NCBI GenBank assembly: GCA_964291215.2 | Contig: OZ219791.1 | Location: 32,001 to 96,000, forward strand | Direction of reading: 5' to 3' | Length of the DNA stretch: 64,000 nt | Source: Alphaproteobacteria bacterium | Lineage (GTDB): Bacteria; Pseudomonadota; Alphaproteobacteria; MPNO01; UBA830 | Shown here: one piece after another, positions 40,738-51,201 of the stretch | Layout of the letters: every line of letters begins with the position of its first letter | How positions within the stretch are numbered: position 1 is the first letter of the stretch | Notes under the pieces: model-generated | What the model saw: only the letters and a program-made list of their open reading frames with translations | What the model was told of the DNA's origin: nothing | Database searches by the model: none | Program-made: the position numbers and the translations under genes

Positions 40738-43700
40738 GTAACTGCTCACCCCCCTGGTTCCGGCTTGATGTCGGGGTAGAGCAACGAACGGGTTTTCGTG
40801 GAGATTTGACACTGCATGCCGATTCGCTTAGTGGTGGTCATCGAGAACGACGGGGACCGCCAGTGGGCTACTTTGGATCGAAGGCGACGAGTGGGCTGTG
40901 CCAGCTGCTTCCGGGGCTCCGGCCCCCGCATGATCTGTATGTGAAAACGCATCTCGGAAGCGGCGCGCTGATGAAGCGCAAGGCCGGGTGATGGCGACGG
41001 GCGGCGCGCGAGGAGTTCGAAGCGGCCAAGACCGCGGCGCTGCCGGCAAGGTGGCGGAAGAGGCCGTCATCCGCGTCTTCGTCATCCTGCTCGACATCCT
41101 CATCGTCGTCCTTCTGGAGAAGACCACGCACGAGCCGGAACTCCGGTCTGCCGCCGTCACAGACGGACAAGAGCGTGCCGGGAGCAAGGGCCCGAAGCCG
41201 AACCGGCAGATGGGCGACAACCTGCGCAAGATCATCGTCGAGGAGACGGTCGCGGCCTGCGACGCCTGCGGCGCCGACGGCCCCGTCGATCGGGAGCGCC
41301 GCACGACATCGTGTTCGAGGTCGTCGAGCGCCGCGCCGAGATCAAGGAATGCCCGAAGTGCAAGGCCCGGGGCCGGTTCCCCGACAACATCCCGTGCAGT
41401 ACGGCATCCAGGCCCTCGTCATCAACCTGCTGGTCGCCCAAATGCTGTCCCTGCGCCGTCGCGCTCGTGCAGGCGATATCAAGCTCTCCGAGGCCTCGGC
41501 TATGCTTTCACGATGCGTCATGGGAGGAGGCCGCCGTGGCGCACCTCCTGCAACGCCCGATGTCGACGATTTCGGATCAACAGTAAGTGGCTTCATGTCG
41601 TGGGACCCTGACGTGCAAGTTCCCGCACCGCAAGCGCGGGCAAGAGATCGGCCCGTGCTACAAGGGCGTCCTGGGCCTCGTACATGGGCCAGTGTAGCCA
41701 CCAGCGGCAGCCACCTGCTGCGCGAACTGACCTTTGTCGTCGAGTCTACCGCGCGACTGATGAAGAGCCTGCTCCCTGCCACAAGATCAACAAGAGCGCA
41801 TCCAAGACCCTGAACGACGCCGGGCGCAAGCGCTACCGCACCATCAGGGCGCCAGGGAACTGCCCGACATCCCGACGAAAGGAAAACGTGGACGCAAGTC
41901 CGACGCGCACAACCTGCACGAACGTCTCGTGAAACACGAAAACCTGCGCTTCACAGACGACCATTGCGGTAGGGAACCGGGTTACCCCCCGCACAGAACC
42001 GGACGTGCGCTGTTCGCATCCGGCTCCTCCCCTGACGACAAGGCGCTGGTTTGGCCACGGATGCTGGCTCAGTGGGCAGCGGCGAGGGTGTCTATGTCCC
42101 CGGTGACGTCCTTTTGGGAGCGTCGCCGAAGGGCACGCAGCCGTTTGCATTGGTGTATGAACCCCTGCAGGGATTGACTGCTTCCCGGGACGGCGTAGTA
42201 GCAGCCGTTGATGACTCACCACTTGGCCGTTTCGTGCCGGTTGTCGTGCCATTGCATGCGCAAGGCCCCCTTGATCCGCCGCAGGGTGCCCGTTTGCGAG
42301 ACGGTTTGCGACCGACCCTGAACCTGCCTTTCCTCGTCTGTTCGCAGAAGTGCGTCATGCCGAGGAAGTCGAACGTCTTGCCCTGCTTCCGGCGGTTCGC
42401 TCTGGCAAACCGACCGAACTCGATGATTGTCCGGGTGCAGTTCAAGTGGGCCAGCCTCTCCCCAAGGTCCCGGAGAAAGCGCTGCGCATCGCCCAGATGC
42501 TGAAAGCCGCACACGAAGTCGTCCGCATAATGATCGTGTCGCCTCCAGCCATCCGCTTGCGCCAGTGGTTCTGGAACCAGTCGCACGTAGTGCAGGTAAA
42601 CGTTCGCGAGGCAGGGCGATACAATCGCCCCCTGCGGTGTTCCCTTGCCCGTATCCGACCAGTCGGTCCCTTCCATGACGCCGGCGTTTAGCCACTTGAT
42701 GATCAGACCCCCCGATCCGTTTCCCGAGCATCGCAATCAGGTGGTCGCGGTCGAGATTGTCGAAGAACCCGCGGGCGTCAACGATCCAGTTGACCTTCCG
42801 CCGTTCCACCGTGACGGCGTCGAGCGCGTGATGCGCCCCGGCCGGAAACCGTAACTAAACCCGAGGAACTCCGTTTCGTAGAGCGGCACCAGAATCACAC
42901 TGCCCGCTGAAGAATCTTGTCCGAGGCAAGCGGTCGTTGCCCTCCATCCTCCTTGGGTATGTAAACCCTGGAGGCGCCCGGTACGCACCCCTGTGCACAC
43001 GGGCGTGCAGGCAGTTCCACACCCTCCGCATACGCTTGCCACACAACGCCCCGCCGCCGCGTCCTTCCTCAAGGAATGGAACGCATCGTGCAGAGCGTCG
43101 ACCGTCACGTGGTGGAGTAAAGACGCTCTTCCGGGTTCCTCTTCGCTACCTGCGTTCAGCCGCCTGTGACCCCCGCTTCTGCGCGCGGCGCGGGCCAACC
43201 GCATTGCCCTTCCCTCCAGCAACTCCGCAGGCTCCGAAGAACCCTTGTTCGCCGCCTTCAACGGTACTATGGCCGGATCTGACTTCTCGTTCATCATCGG
43301 TTTATGGAATAGTTCCTTTCCTCTGCGGCCCCTCCACGACAGAGGGGCAAGACCTCCCAGGTCCCTGCTTCGGCCATGGTTCTCGGACCCCGCGGAGCCC
43401 CCCTCACCAACGCGGCTCGCGGGGTGTTGCCCACTTGGACGACCTCGGCACTCCGGTTTCAAAGCATCTCGTGGCTCAATAGCCCGGCCTGCCGCTCCCC
43501 AACGCTTCGCCTGACGCCTCACGACGCATGGTTCACGGAGAAAGTGGTGGTTAGCCTCTCTTCCTGCCGGGACTTGCACCCGGCAACATTCCACCAGTTA
43601 GCCTGGCGCACCCAACGTCAGCTTCACCAACAATGCCGGAGAACAGAAGATCAGGATGGCAAAGGTCAAGGTGTCCGGATGCTTCCGCTCCACGCAAAAG

Positions 43701-43851
43701 CATGGTGCCGGGGCTCAAGCTACCTCACCTCCATGGCCGCACTCGGCTACAATCATCACGTCGCAACTCAGATCGCCCTCGACGGAAAAGCCGCAGACAT
43801 CATCAACGAGCACTACGACCAATCAGAACCCAACTAGGGGTGAGTAGATAC
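40738..43851 (+). mobile_element. IS66 copy 2 with 8-bp TSD AGTGGAGC, containing a group II intron
   Basis: Same termini as copy 1. TSD at 40730-40737 and 43852-43859. Confidence 0.95.
41963..43611 (-). mobile_element. ltrA: Group II intron (both termini present) with a frameshifted RT/maturase ORF
   Basis: 5' end GTGCG at 43611. 3' end has domain V/VI-like GAGCCGGATGCG...CGGTTCTGTGCGGGGGG...CCCTACCGCAAT. RT motifs SYGFRPGR, GTPQGAIVSP, YADDF, FDFLG. Precise insertion without TSD. Confidence 0.92.
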
Positions 43852-45180
43852 AGTGGAGCATCGCAAGGCAGTCCGCGTCGCTGACATCCGCGCTCATATG
43901 GTGCATGCCATACTCAGTATCTCGACTATGGCCTGTTTCTATTTCGCGCTGCGCACCCTGCCCTTGGCCACCGTCACCACGATCAATTTCACAACACCCG
44001 TTTTCGCCCTGCTTCTGGCTCGTCTGTTGTTCAACGAACGTGTGCCAAGGATCGGATGGCTGGCGATGACCATCGGTTTCACCGGAACCCTGATGGTTCT
44101 GCGCCCCAGTGCCGAGGGCATTGGCATTGACGCGCTCGTTGTCCTGGTGGGTTCAACCATCGCCGCCGCCATGAACCTGACGATCCGGCGCATGCCCGCG
44201 CGCAGCACGAATTTCGCCGTCATCTTTTATCTCAGCCTGTTCGGAGCGGTCTTCTATGCCATCGTAGGCGGCCCGACGCTGGAAACCCCGACGCATCCCG
44301 AAGCCCGGTTGTTCCTGGTCCTGGGCCTCGTCGCCCTGGGGGTGCACACCTGCATGGCCTTTGCCTATCGGTTTGCCTCTTCCATGCTGATCGGAGCACT
44401 GGACTACTTGCGTATCATCTGGGCCATCCTTCTTGGATATGTGCTTTTCGCCGAGCAACCGGATCTGATCGACCTCGTCGGGATCGTTTTGATCGTTTCA
44501 AGTGGTTGGATCGTGATGCGGACATCAAGCGCCGTGGCTCGGAAACAGCCGGTCAAGCCAGAAGGAACGCTTTGAACCGTTCCGCCGTAACACGAGCCGC
44601 CTCGGGCGTGCGGATCCCCGGCAGCACCTCGGCCTCGGCACCGGGAAGCAATGCCCGCGCGTCCTCGAAGGCAGGCCGAACCAGATCGTTCTCGGCAAAG
44701 GTGATCATGGTTGGCTGGGTGATCCCTGGCACATGGTCCGCCATCGAATAGCGGAACGCCGCGCGATAGCTTTGGTGATAGGTCTTCAACGCCTTCAGGA
44801 TTTCCACATAACGGGCATATAGAAACTCGGCATCCGGCAGGTCATGCGGCACACCCCGATCCGCCTCTTTCCGGAACCAGGGAAACCAGATGAACTGATC
44901 GCGGCAGAATTGCCAGGCCTGGAAGGCGAAGGCGCCCTGCTGATCGGGGGTCATCTCGGGCGTGTATTTCTTCAGTATCTCGTCCACATCGCCGGGTGCA
45001 TAGACCCCGAAACCATCCAGGATCAACCGCTCAACCCGGTCCGGGATTGTCAGAGCGATCTCGCAGGCGATCCGCGCGCCGGTATGGGTGCCGTAAAGGC
45101 GAAACCGATCCATACCCAACCTGTCGGCAACGCCCATGACGGCCTCGGCATAATCCTCAATCTCCGGTATCTACTCACCC

Positions 45181-46307
45181 CTAGTGTCTTGTCATTCGTC
45201 AAATGTCGGATAAAGGCGTTTGAGTTTCACGCGGGCATCGTCGGTGGTGAATTGCCAATCCACCTTGGCCTGAATGCGGTCGCCTGCCAAGCGGCAACTT
45301 CCCGGCGTAACACCTCGATGCAGTCGATGCGGCGGTTCAGGCGGATCATGACGTTGAGTTCCACCACGTTCAGCCAACTGCCGTGCTTGGGGGTGTAGAC
45401 GAACTCGAAGCGGTCCCACAGGGCCTTGGCCTCGTCCGGCGGGTAGGCCTCGTAGAGGGCGCCGGGGAGTGTTGAGATTGTCCATCACCAGGGTGATGGT
45501 GGTGGCATCCTGGTAGCGCCCGGCGATGTCGGCTAGGAACTGCGCCCAATCGATCTTGCGCTCGGTTACCTTGGTCATGCGCTTGCCGGCCAGGGGTTCC
45601 GTGAAGACGTTGCAGGTACCGCAACGTCGATACTCGTAGTCGTTACGCGCTGGCCGTCCCGGCGCCATGGCGATCGATTGCCGTGTCTCGCCGGTCGGGG
45701 CGTTTCGTCCATGCAGACCACGGGGAAGGCGGCGGGACGGCGATAGACATCGAGCACCTTCGCTGCGGCGAAGTCGGCGTTCCCTTGAGGAGGAATCACC
45801 CACCCGCTGCCATGGCTTGAGGCAGTTTTTTTTAGAACACGCCGCACCGTCTCGTGTGACACGGTGTAACCAAGCTCGACAACGCGGTCGGCCAGCAGCC
45901 GCAACGACCATTGCGCGTAACCCTCAGGCGGTTCACCACAACTCAGGGCCACGCGCCTCGAAGACGCCGTCGGCTTTTCGCATATAGGTAGGACGGCGCC
46001 GGCCACCCAATGCCGCCTCCAGCCCCTCGAAACGCTTCTTTACTCGGTCTACTTTGCGCATGCTGATGCGCAGAATCTCAGCAATGACCTTCCCGGTCAT
46101 CTGGCATTCATTGAACGCGCTCTCGTCGCAGTTAAGCAGGATCAGGGCGTTGATTACCTTTTGCGACAGGTGCGAGCCCTTGATCTCCGAAAGTTCTGCC
46201 CGTTCGTCCAGGGTCACCACGTAGCGTTTCATACTCCGACCTCCATCCCGAATGGACGGACAGTCTAGCACCAAATGTACGACATATCATTGCTGACATA
46301 ACACTAG
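45181..46307 (-). mobile_element. IS630 copy inserted at CTAG in the IS66 right end
   Basis: Reverse copy of 15250-16372 with CTAG on both sides. The empty site CAACTAGGGGTG is seen in copies 1 and 2. Confidence 0.92.
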
Positions 46308-47526
46308 TTGGGTTCTGATTGGTCGTAGTGCTCGTTGATGATGTCTGCGGCTTTTCCGTCGAGGGCGATCTGGGTGGCGACGAGTGGGTTGTAGCCGAGT
46401 GCGGCCATGGAGGTGAGGTAGCTTGAGCCCCGGCACCATGCTTTTGCGTGGAGCGGAAGCATCTGGACACCTTGACCTTTGCCATCCTGATTTTCTGTTC
46501 TCCGGCATTGTTGGTGAAGCTGACGTCAGGGTCGTCTGTGAAGCGCAGGTTTTCGTGTTTCACGAGACGTTCGTGCAGGTTGTGCGCGTCGGACTTGCGT
46601 CCACGTTTTCCTTTCGGCGGGATATCGGGCAGTTCCCTAGCGCCCTGATGGTGCGGTAGCGCTTGCGCCCGGCGTCGTTCAGGGTCTTGGATGCGCTCTT
46701 GTTGACCTTGTGGCAGACCTCGCGGAGCAGGCTCTTCATCAGTCGCGCGGTAGCCTCGACGACAAAGGTCAGTTCGCGCAGCAGGTGGCTGCCGCACAGC
46801 TGGTGGCTACACTGGCCCATGTACGAGGCCCAGGACGCCCTTGTAGCACGGGCCGATCTCTTGCCTCCCGGCCGCGCTTGCGGTGCGGGAACTTGCACGT
46901 CAGGGTCCCACGACATGGAGCCACTTGCTGTTGATCCGAAATCGTCGACATCGGGCGTTGCAGGAGGTGCGCCACGGCGGCCTCCTCCCATGACGCATCG
47001 TGAAAGCATAGCCGAGGCCTCGGAGAGCTTGATGCCGGAGATCGCCTGCACGAACGCGACGGCGCAGGGACAGCATTTGGGCGACCAGCAGGGACGAGGG
47101 CCTGAATGCCGTACTGCACGGGATGTTGTCGGGGAACCGGCCCCGGGCCTTGCACTTCGGGCATTCCTTGATCTCGGCGCGGCGCTCGACGACCTCGAAC
47201 ACAATGTCGTGCGGCGCTCCCGATCGACGGGGCCGTCGATGTCGGCGCCGCAGGCGTCGCAGGCCGCGACCGTCTCCTCGACGATGGCAGGTTGTCGCCC
47301 ATCTGCCGGTTCGGCTTCGGGCCCTTGCTCCCGGCACGCTCTTGTCCGTCTGTGACGGCGGCAGACCGGAGTTCCGGCTCGTGCGTGGTCTTCTCCAGAA
47401 GGACGACGATGATGATGTCGAGCAGGATGACGAGGACGCGGATCACGGCCTCTTTCGGCACCTTGCCGGCAGCGCCGCGGTCCGGGTCTTGGCCGCTTCG
47501 AACTCCTCGCGCGCCGCCCGTCGCCA

Positions 47527-47721
47527 TCACCCGGCCTCGACGGTCATGATCGTCGCGAGCATCGCTTGGCGCTCGCCCGGCGGCATCTTCCGGTACTCCG
47601 CCTTGCGCTTCATCAGCACGCCGCTTCCGAGATGCGTTTCCACATACAGATCATGCGGGGGCTGGAGCCCCGGAAGCAGCTGGCACAGCCCGCTCGTCGC
47701 CTTCGATCCAAAGTAGCCCAC
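47527..47721 (-). CDS. 64-aa collapsed DNA adenine methyltransferase mini-gene inside IS66, stop overlapping the transposase start (TGATG)
   Basis: (V)GYFGSKATSGLCQLLPGLQPPHDLYVETHLGSGVLMKRKAEYRKMPPGERQAMLATIMTVEAG*. A shorter version is present in copies 1, 2 and 4. Confidence 0.7.
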   Translation of the reverse strand: MGYFGSKATSGLCQLLPGLQPPHDLYVETHLGSGVLMKRKAEYRKMPPGERQAMLATIMTVEAG

Positions 47722-47826
47722 TGGCGGTCCCCGTCGTTCTCGATTACCACCACTAAACGAATCGGCCTGCAGTGTCAAATCTCCACGAAAACCCGTTCAT
47801 TACTCTACCCCGACATCAAGCCGGAA

Positions 47827-48666
47827 CTAGGTTGTGGACTCAAATAATTGGTTTGCGATTCTGCGGAGCAAGAATCGGCTGGCAGCCAGTTGCACGGCGG
47901 AGAGGAAGTTCCTTGTCATAACGGGTGGCGACCCGTCGGAACTCCTTGATCTTGCCGAAGAACCGCTCGACCAGGTTGCGCATCCTGTAGATCTCGCGGT
48001 CAAGCGGCCGGGGCGATGTCCGGTTGGATTTTGACGGAATGACCGCGGTTGCTCCTGCCATCTCGATCAGATGGCGTCGGTGTCGTAGGCCTTGTCGCCG
48101 ACCACCGTCTCGCTCGAGGTCGGCGAGAAGCGCCTGCGCGCAGTCGGCCGCCTGGCCCGGGGTCAGGAACACGGTTTTCACCCTCTCGTTCTCGCCAAGA
48201 TGGACCTTCGTCGTTCGTCCGCCACGGCTCACTGCGAAGGCTCGTCGTCCCGGGACGCCCCGGCTTGTGAACGCGCACCGACGAGGAGTCCACCATGCGC
48301 AGGTGAACCGAGCGAGCCATCGTCGCTCCCGTCATCATCGCTCGTAAGCCTTTGAAGCTTCTCCATGCCCAGGTGCCGTTCTTGCTCCACCGGTTGAAGC
48401 GGTTGAAGCAGACGGACCGTACCGCTCCGGCAGATCGCGCCACGGCGTACCGGTGCGAAGCACGAAGAATATCCCGTTCATGACCCTCCGGTCATGCACC
48501 CGCTCCGGGCCCTGGTGCTTGTCGGGAAGCACCGAGCGGAGAACCTCCCATTCCGCGTCGCTCATGTCGTGTCGGTCGCCGCTCATCCTTCACTCTCCTT
48601 GTGGATCGCTTTTGACAAGACATGGCAAATCGTGCAAAAATGTCAACATTTGGGTACACACCCTAG
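47827..48666 (-). mobile_element. IS5-family element (IS427-like) inserted at CTAG in the IS66 left end, degraded
   Basis: TIRs GGTGTGTACCCAAAT / GTTGTGGACTCAAAT with CTAG duplicated. Motifs MSDAEWE..DRRVMNGIFFVLRTGTPWRDLPERYGP and RNLVERFFGKIKEFRRVATRYDK. Confidence 0.9.
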
Positions 48667-48899
48667 GGGGTGAGCAGTTACAATCTCCGGTTGATCCCCA
48701 ACAGGCGGCATGGAATCGCCATTGCCCATCGTGTCGGGCGCGATGACATGGAAGGACTTGGCCATCTCGGAAATCAGCGGTTCAAGCTGTCGGGACGACC
48801 CCGGCGAGGCATGAAGCAACAGAAGCGGCGGCGCATCTTTCGTGCCCGTATATCGGTAATAGATCTGCCCTCGCTCGAAATCGACGAAGCCGCGCCGGA

Positions 48900-50294
48900 T
48901 CATGGTTTTTCTCCCGCAATGCGATTGAACTCCGGTGTGGCCATTTCATAGGCATGGGCAACCCGCAGCACATCGGCATCGCCAAAGTGCCGCCCGGTTA
49001 TTTGAATGCCCATCGGCATTCCAGCCTTCGAAACTTTGGACCTAACCGATGCTGCCGGAACGCCTGCAACATTGGCCGGAGCCGTGATCAGCGGCGTTTC
49101 CAGGAAATAGAACGGCTTGATCGCATTCACCGGAGGCGGGTCGCCAAGAGCGGCCGGATAGACCAACACGTCAACCTCGGCCATGACCGCTGCCGTCGCG
49201 CGCGCCAGTTCCCGACGCTTTTTCTGGGCGTGGATGTAGTGCTCGGCCCGAATGAACGCCCCCAGTGTGATCCGCGTCCGCGTCAGTTCCGATACGTCAG
49301 AGGCTCGGGCACGGAAATCCTCTCCATGGATCGCAAAGGCCTCGGACATCATGATGGTCGAGTTGCAGATCGTTATTTCCCAGATGTCAGGGAGCGTCAC
49401 CTCGCGCACCTCGGCCCCGAGTTCCGCCATCACCTGCAAGGCAGCCTCGGTCGCCGCGCGCTGCTCGGTGTCAACGGCGGGGTCCTCGGCGAAGGCGCGG
49501 ACATATCCCATGCGCAGACCCGAAAGGTCCTCGGTCAGCGCCGCGGCGGTGGTGGTGGGTCCAGCGGCAACGCTGGACGCGTCGCCCGAATCGTGGCCCG
49601 CGATGACATCCAGCAAAAGCGCGCAGTCCCGGCTCGTGCGCGCCATCGGGCCTGCATGATCCAGCGACTCCGAAAGTGGGAACAAGCCAGACAGGCTGAC
49701 CAGCCCATAAGTCGGCTTGATTCCAGCCACGCCGCAAAAGGTCGCCGGAATGCGGATCGATCCGCCGGTGTCCGAGCCAAGCGCGCCGGGGATCATCCCA
49801 GTCGCTAGGGCCACGCCCGCGCCCGAAGACGACCCACCGGCATAGCGCGACGGATCCCAAGGGTTCAGCGCGTACGGAACAAGCCCGTCTTCCGATGGGG
49901 CGCCCAGGCACAATTCGGTGCATTCCAGTTTGCCCAACAGAACAGCCCCCGCCGCCTGCAGTCGGCCCCAGGCAGCGGCGTCCTTTTCGGGCACCCGGTC
50001 GCCATGCAATCGCGAACAAACTGTCGTCGGGATACCCGCCGTGTCATAAGCGTCCTTCAGGGCAACCGGAACCCCGTGAAGCGGCCCGCGGCGATGCCCC
50101 GCCGCGATCTCGGCATCCACGGCACGAGCCACGGCGCGGGCAAGATCGAAGGTCGGATGCACGAAAGCGTGGTAGGTCGCGTCAAGCTGTTCGATCCGTG
50201 CGATATGCGCCTCGGTCAGTTCCAAGGCGCACACCTCTTTCGCCTGAAGAAGGCCCGACATCTCGAACAGCGAGATTTCTGTTAACTCCCCCAT
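48900..50294 (-). CDS. Amidase-signature family enzyme (GatA/AtzE-like)
   Basis: PLHGVPVALKD, GGSSSG, GSDTGGSIRIPA. Start taken as the ATG coupled at 50294. Confidence 0.92.
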   Translation of the reverse strand: MGELTEISLFEMSGLLQAKEVCALELTEAHIARIEQLDATYHAFVHPTFDLARAVARAVDAEIAAGHRRGPLHGVPVALKDAYDTAGIPTTVCSRLHGDRVPEKDAAAWGRLQAAGAVLLGKLECTELCLGAPSEDGLVPYALNPWDPSRYAGGSSSGAGVALATGMIPGALGSDTGGSIRIPATFCGVAGIKPTYGLVSLSGLFPLSESLDHAGPMARTSRDCALLLDVIAGHDSGDASSVAAGPTTTAAALTEDLSGLRMGYVRAFAEDPAVDTEQRAATEAALQVMAELGAEVREVTLPDIWEITICNSTIMMSEAFAIHGEDFRARASDVSELTRTRITLGAFIRAEHYIHAQKKRRELARATAAVMAEVDVLVYPAALGDPPPVNAIKPFYFLETPLITAPANVAGVPAASVRSKVSKAGMPMGIQITGRHFGDADVLRVAHAYEMATPEFNRIAGEKP

Positions 50295-50476
50295 CAGAGC
50301 GGCTTCCGAGGATCGAAGACCGGCAAGGCCGGCGCCTCCGCACGCGGCTTGCCCGTTTCCAGATGATTGAACAGGTCGTTCAGCCGCTGATAGGCTGCGC
50401 ACAACGCATCCACATCATGATCGTTCGGATCAAGACCGATCTGTCGCATCCGGGCTAGGAACTCATCCTCGCTCAT
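50294..50476 (-). CDS. 60-aa protein coupled to the amidase (GatC/AtzG-like partner)
   Basis: GAGG RBS, MSEDEFLARMRQIGLD...EAPALPVFDPRKPL. Its stop overlaps the amidase ATG. Confidence 0.6.
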   Translation of the reverse strand: MSEDEFLARMRQIGLDPNDHDVDALCAAYQRLNDLFNHLETGKPRAEAPALPVFDPRKPL

Positions 50477-51189
50477 GGCAACCTCTTTTGCAAAAACGGG
50501 CGCGTCCGGGCAGCCTTCTGCGCCAACTGCCGCCAGCGCATTTCGACAACGCGCTCGCTGGCCAGAAAGTCCCGCGCCTGCTCGGCATGGGGCCCCTCCA
50601 GCGACACCACCTTGCCCACCGCCATGGCCGCAAGCTGGATCGCGCAATTTTCTTCATAGATCACGGCGGCGCAAACTGCCTCTTGCAGATCACGCCCCAC
50701 GGCGACGATCCCGTGATTGCGCAGCGCCAGCACCCGTCCGTCGCCCAAAGCCTCGGCCATGCGCGTTCCAACTTCGGCATCCTCAATGATGCCATCGTAA
50801 CGGTCATAAGACCGAACGCCATCAAGCAGCATCAGGGCGCTTTGATACACCGGTTGAAAATCGGCTCCTGCCGCGCCAAGCGCGAGCGCATGAAACCCGT
50901 GGGTATGCACCACCACTCCGATGTCACTTCGTGCGCGGTAGAGCGACACGTGAAAGGCCAAGGACGGGCTGACGCGATCCTCGCTCCCGGTTTCCAGGTC
51001 GAAATCCGCTTCAAGAATGTCCCCCGCACGCACCTCGTCGAAGGCAAGCCCATAGCGATGGCCATGCAACCGTTCGGCCCCCGGAATCCGGGCCGTGATA
51101 TGCCCCGCGATCCCGCTGTTTTGGCCTTCCTCGTCAAGAATGTGAAAGCCGATCAGCAGGTCGGCGCGCAGCCGATCAACGCCGTCCAT
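50473..51189 (-). CDS. Class II aldolase/adducin family protein
   Basis: AGHITAR, FHVSLYRAR..VVVHTH, LRNHGIV. Confidence 0.88.
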   Translation of the reverse strand: MDGVDRLRADLLIGFHILDEEGQNSGIAGHITARIPGAERLHGHRYGLAFDEVRAGDILEADFDLETGSEDRVSPSLAFHVSLYRARSDIGVVVHTHGFHALALGAAGADFQPVYQSALMLLDGVRSYDRYDGIIEDAEVGTRMAEALGDGRVLALRNHGIVAVGRDLQEAVCAAVIYEENCAIQLAAMAVGKVVSLEGPHAEQARDFLASERVVEMRWRQLAQKAARTRPFLQKRLP

Positions 51190-51201
51190 AAGCCCCCCTT
51201 T

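Larger units (their letters stand above)
40539..44575 (+). pseudogene. DMT/EamA transporter interrupted by IS66 copy 2
   Basis: The N-part ...LLPFLIKVE joins EHRKAVRV...LPLATVTTINFTTPVF once the IS and one AGTGGAGC are removed. Confidence 0.9.
45167..48681 (-). mobile_element. IS66 copy 3 with 8-bp TSD AATCTCCG; IS630 and IS5 inserted at its two ends
   Basis: TSD at 45159-45166 and 48682-48689. Termini as in the other copies. Confidence 0.95.
44553..48903 (-). pseudogene. Alpha/beta hydrolase interrupted by IS66 copy 3
   Basis: LLLLHASPGSS..VIAPDTMGNGDS..QPEI joins EDYAEAVMGVADRLG..LYGTHTGA once the insertion is removed. Confidence 0.9.

Noticed and set aside
48900-50294. gatA
   Set aside because: There is no gatB and the context is catabolic; treated as a generic amidase.
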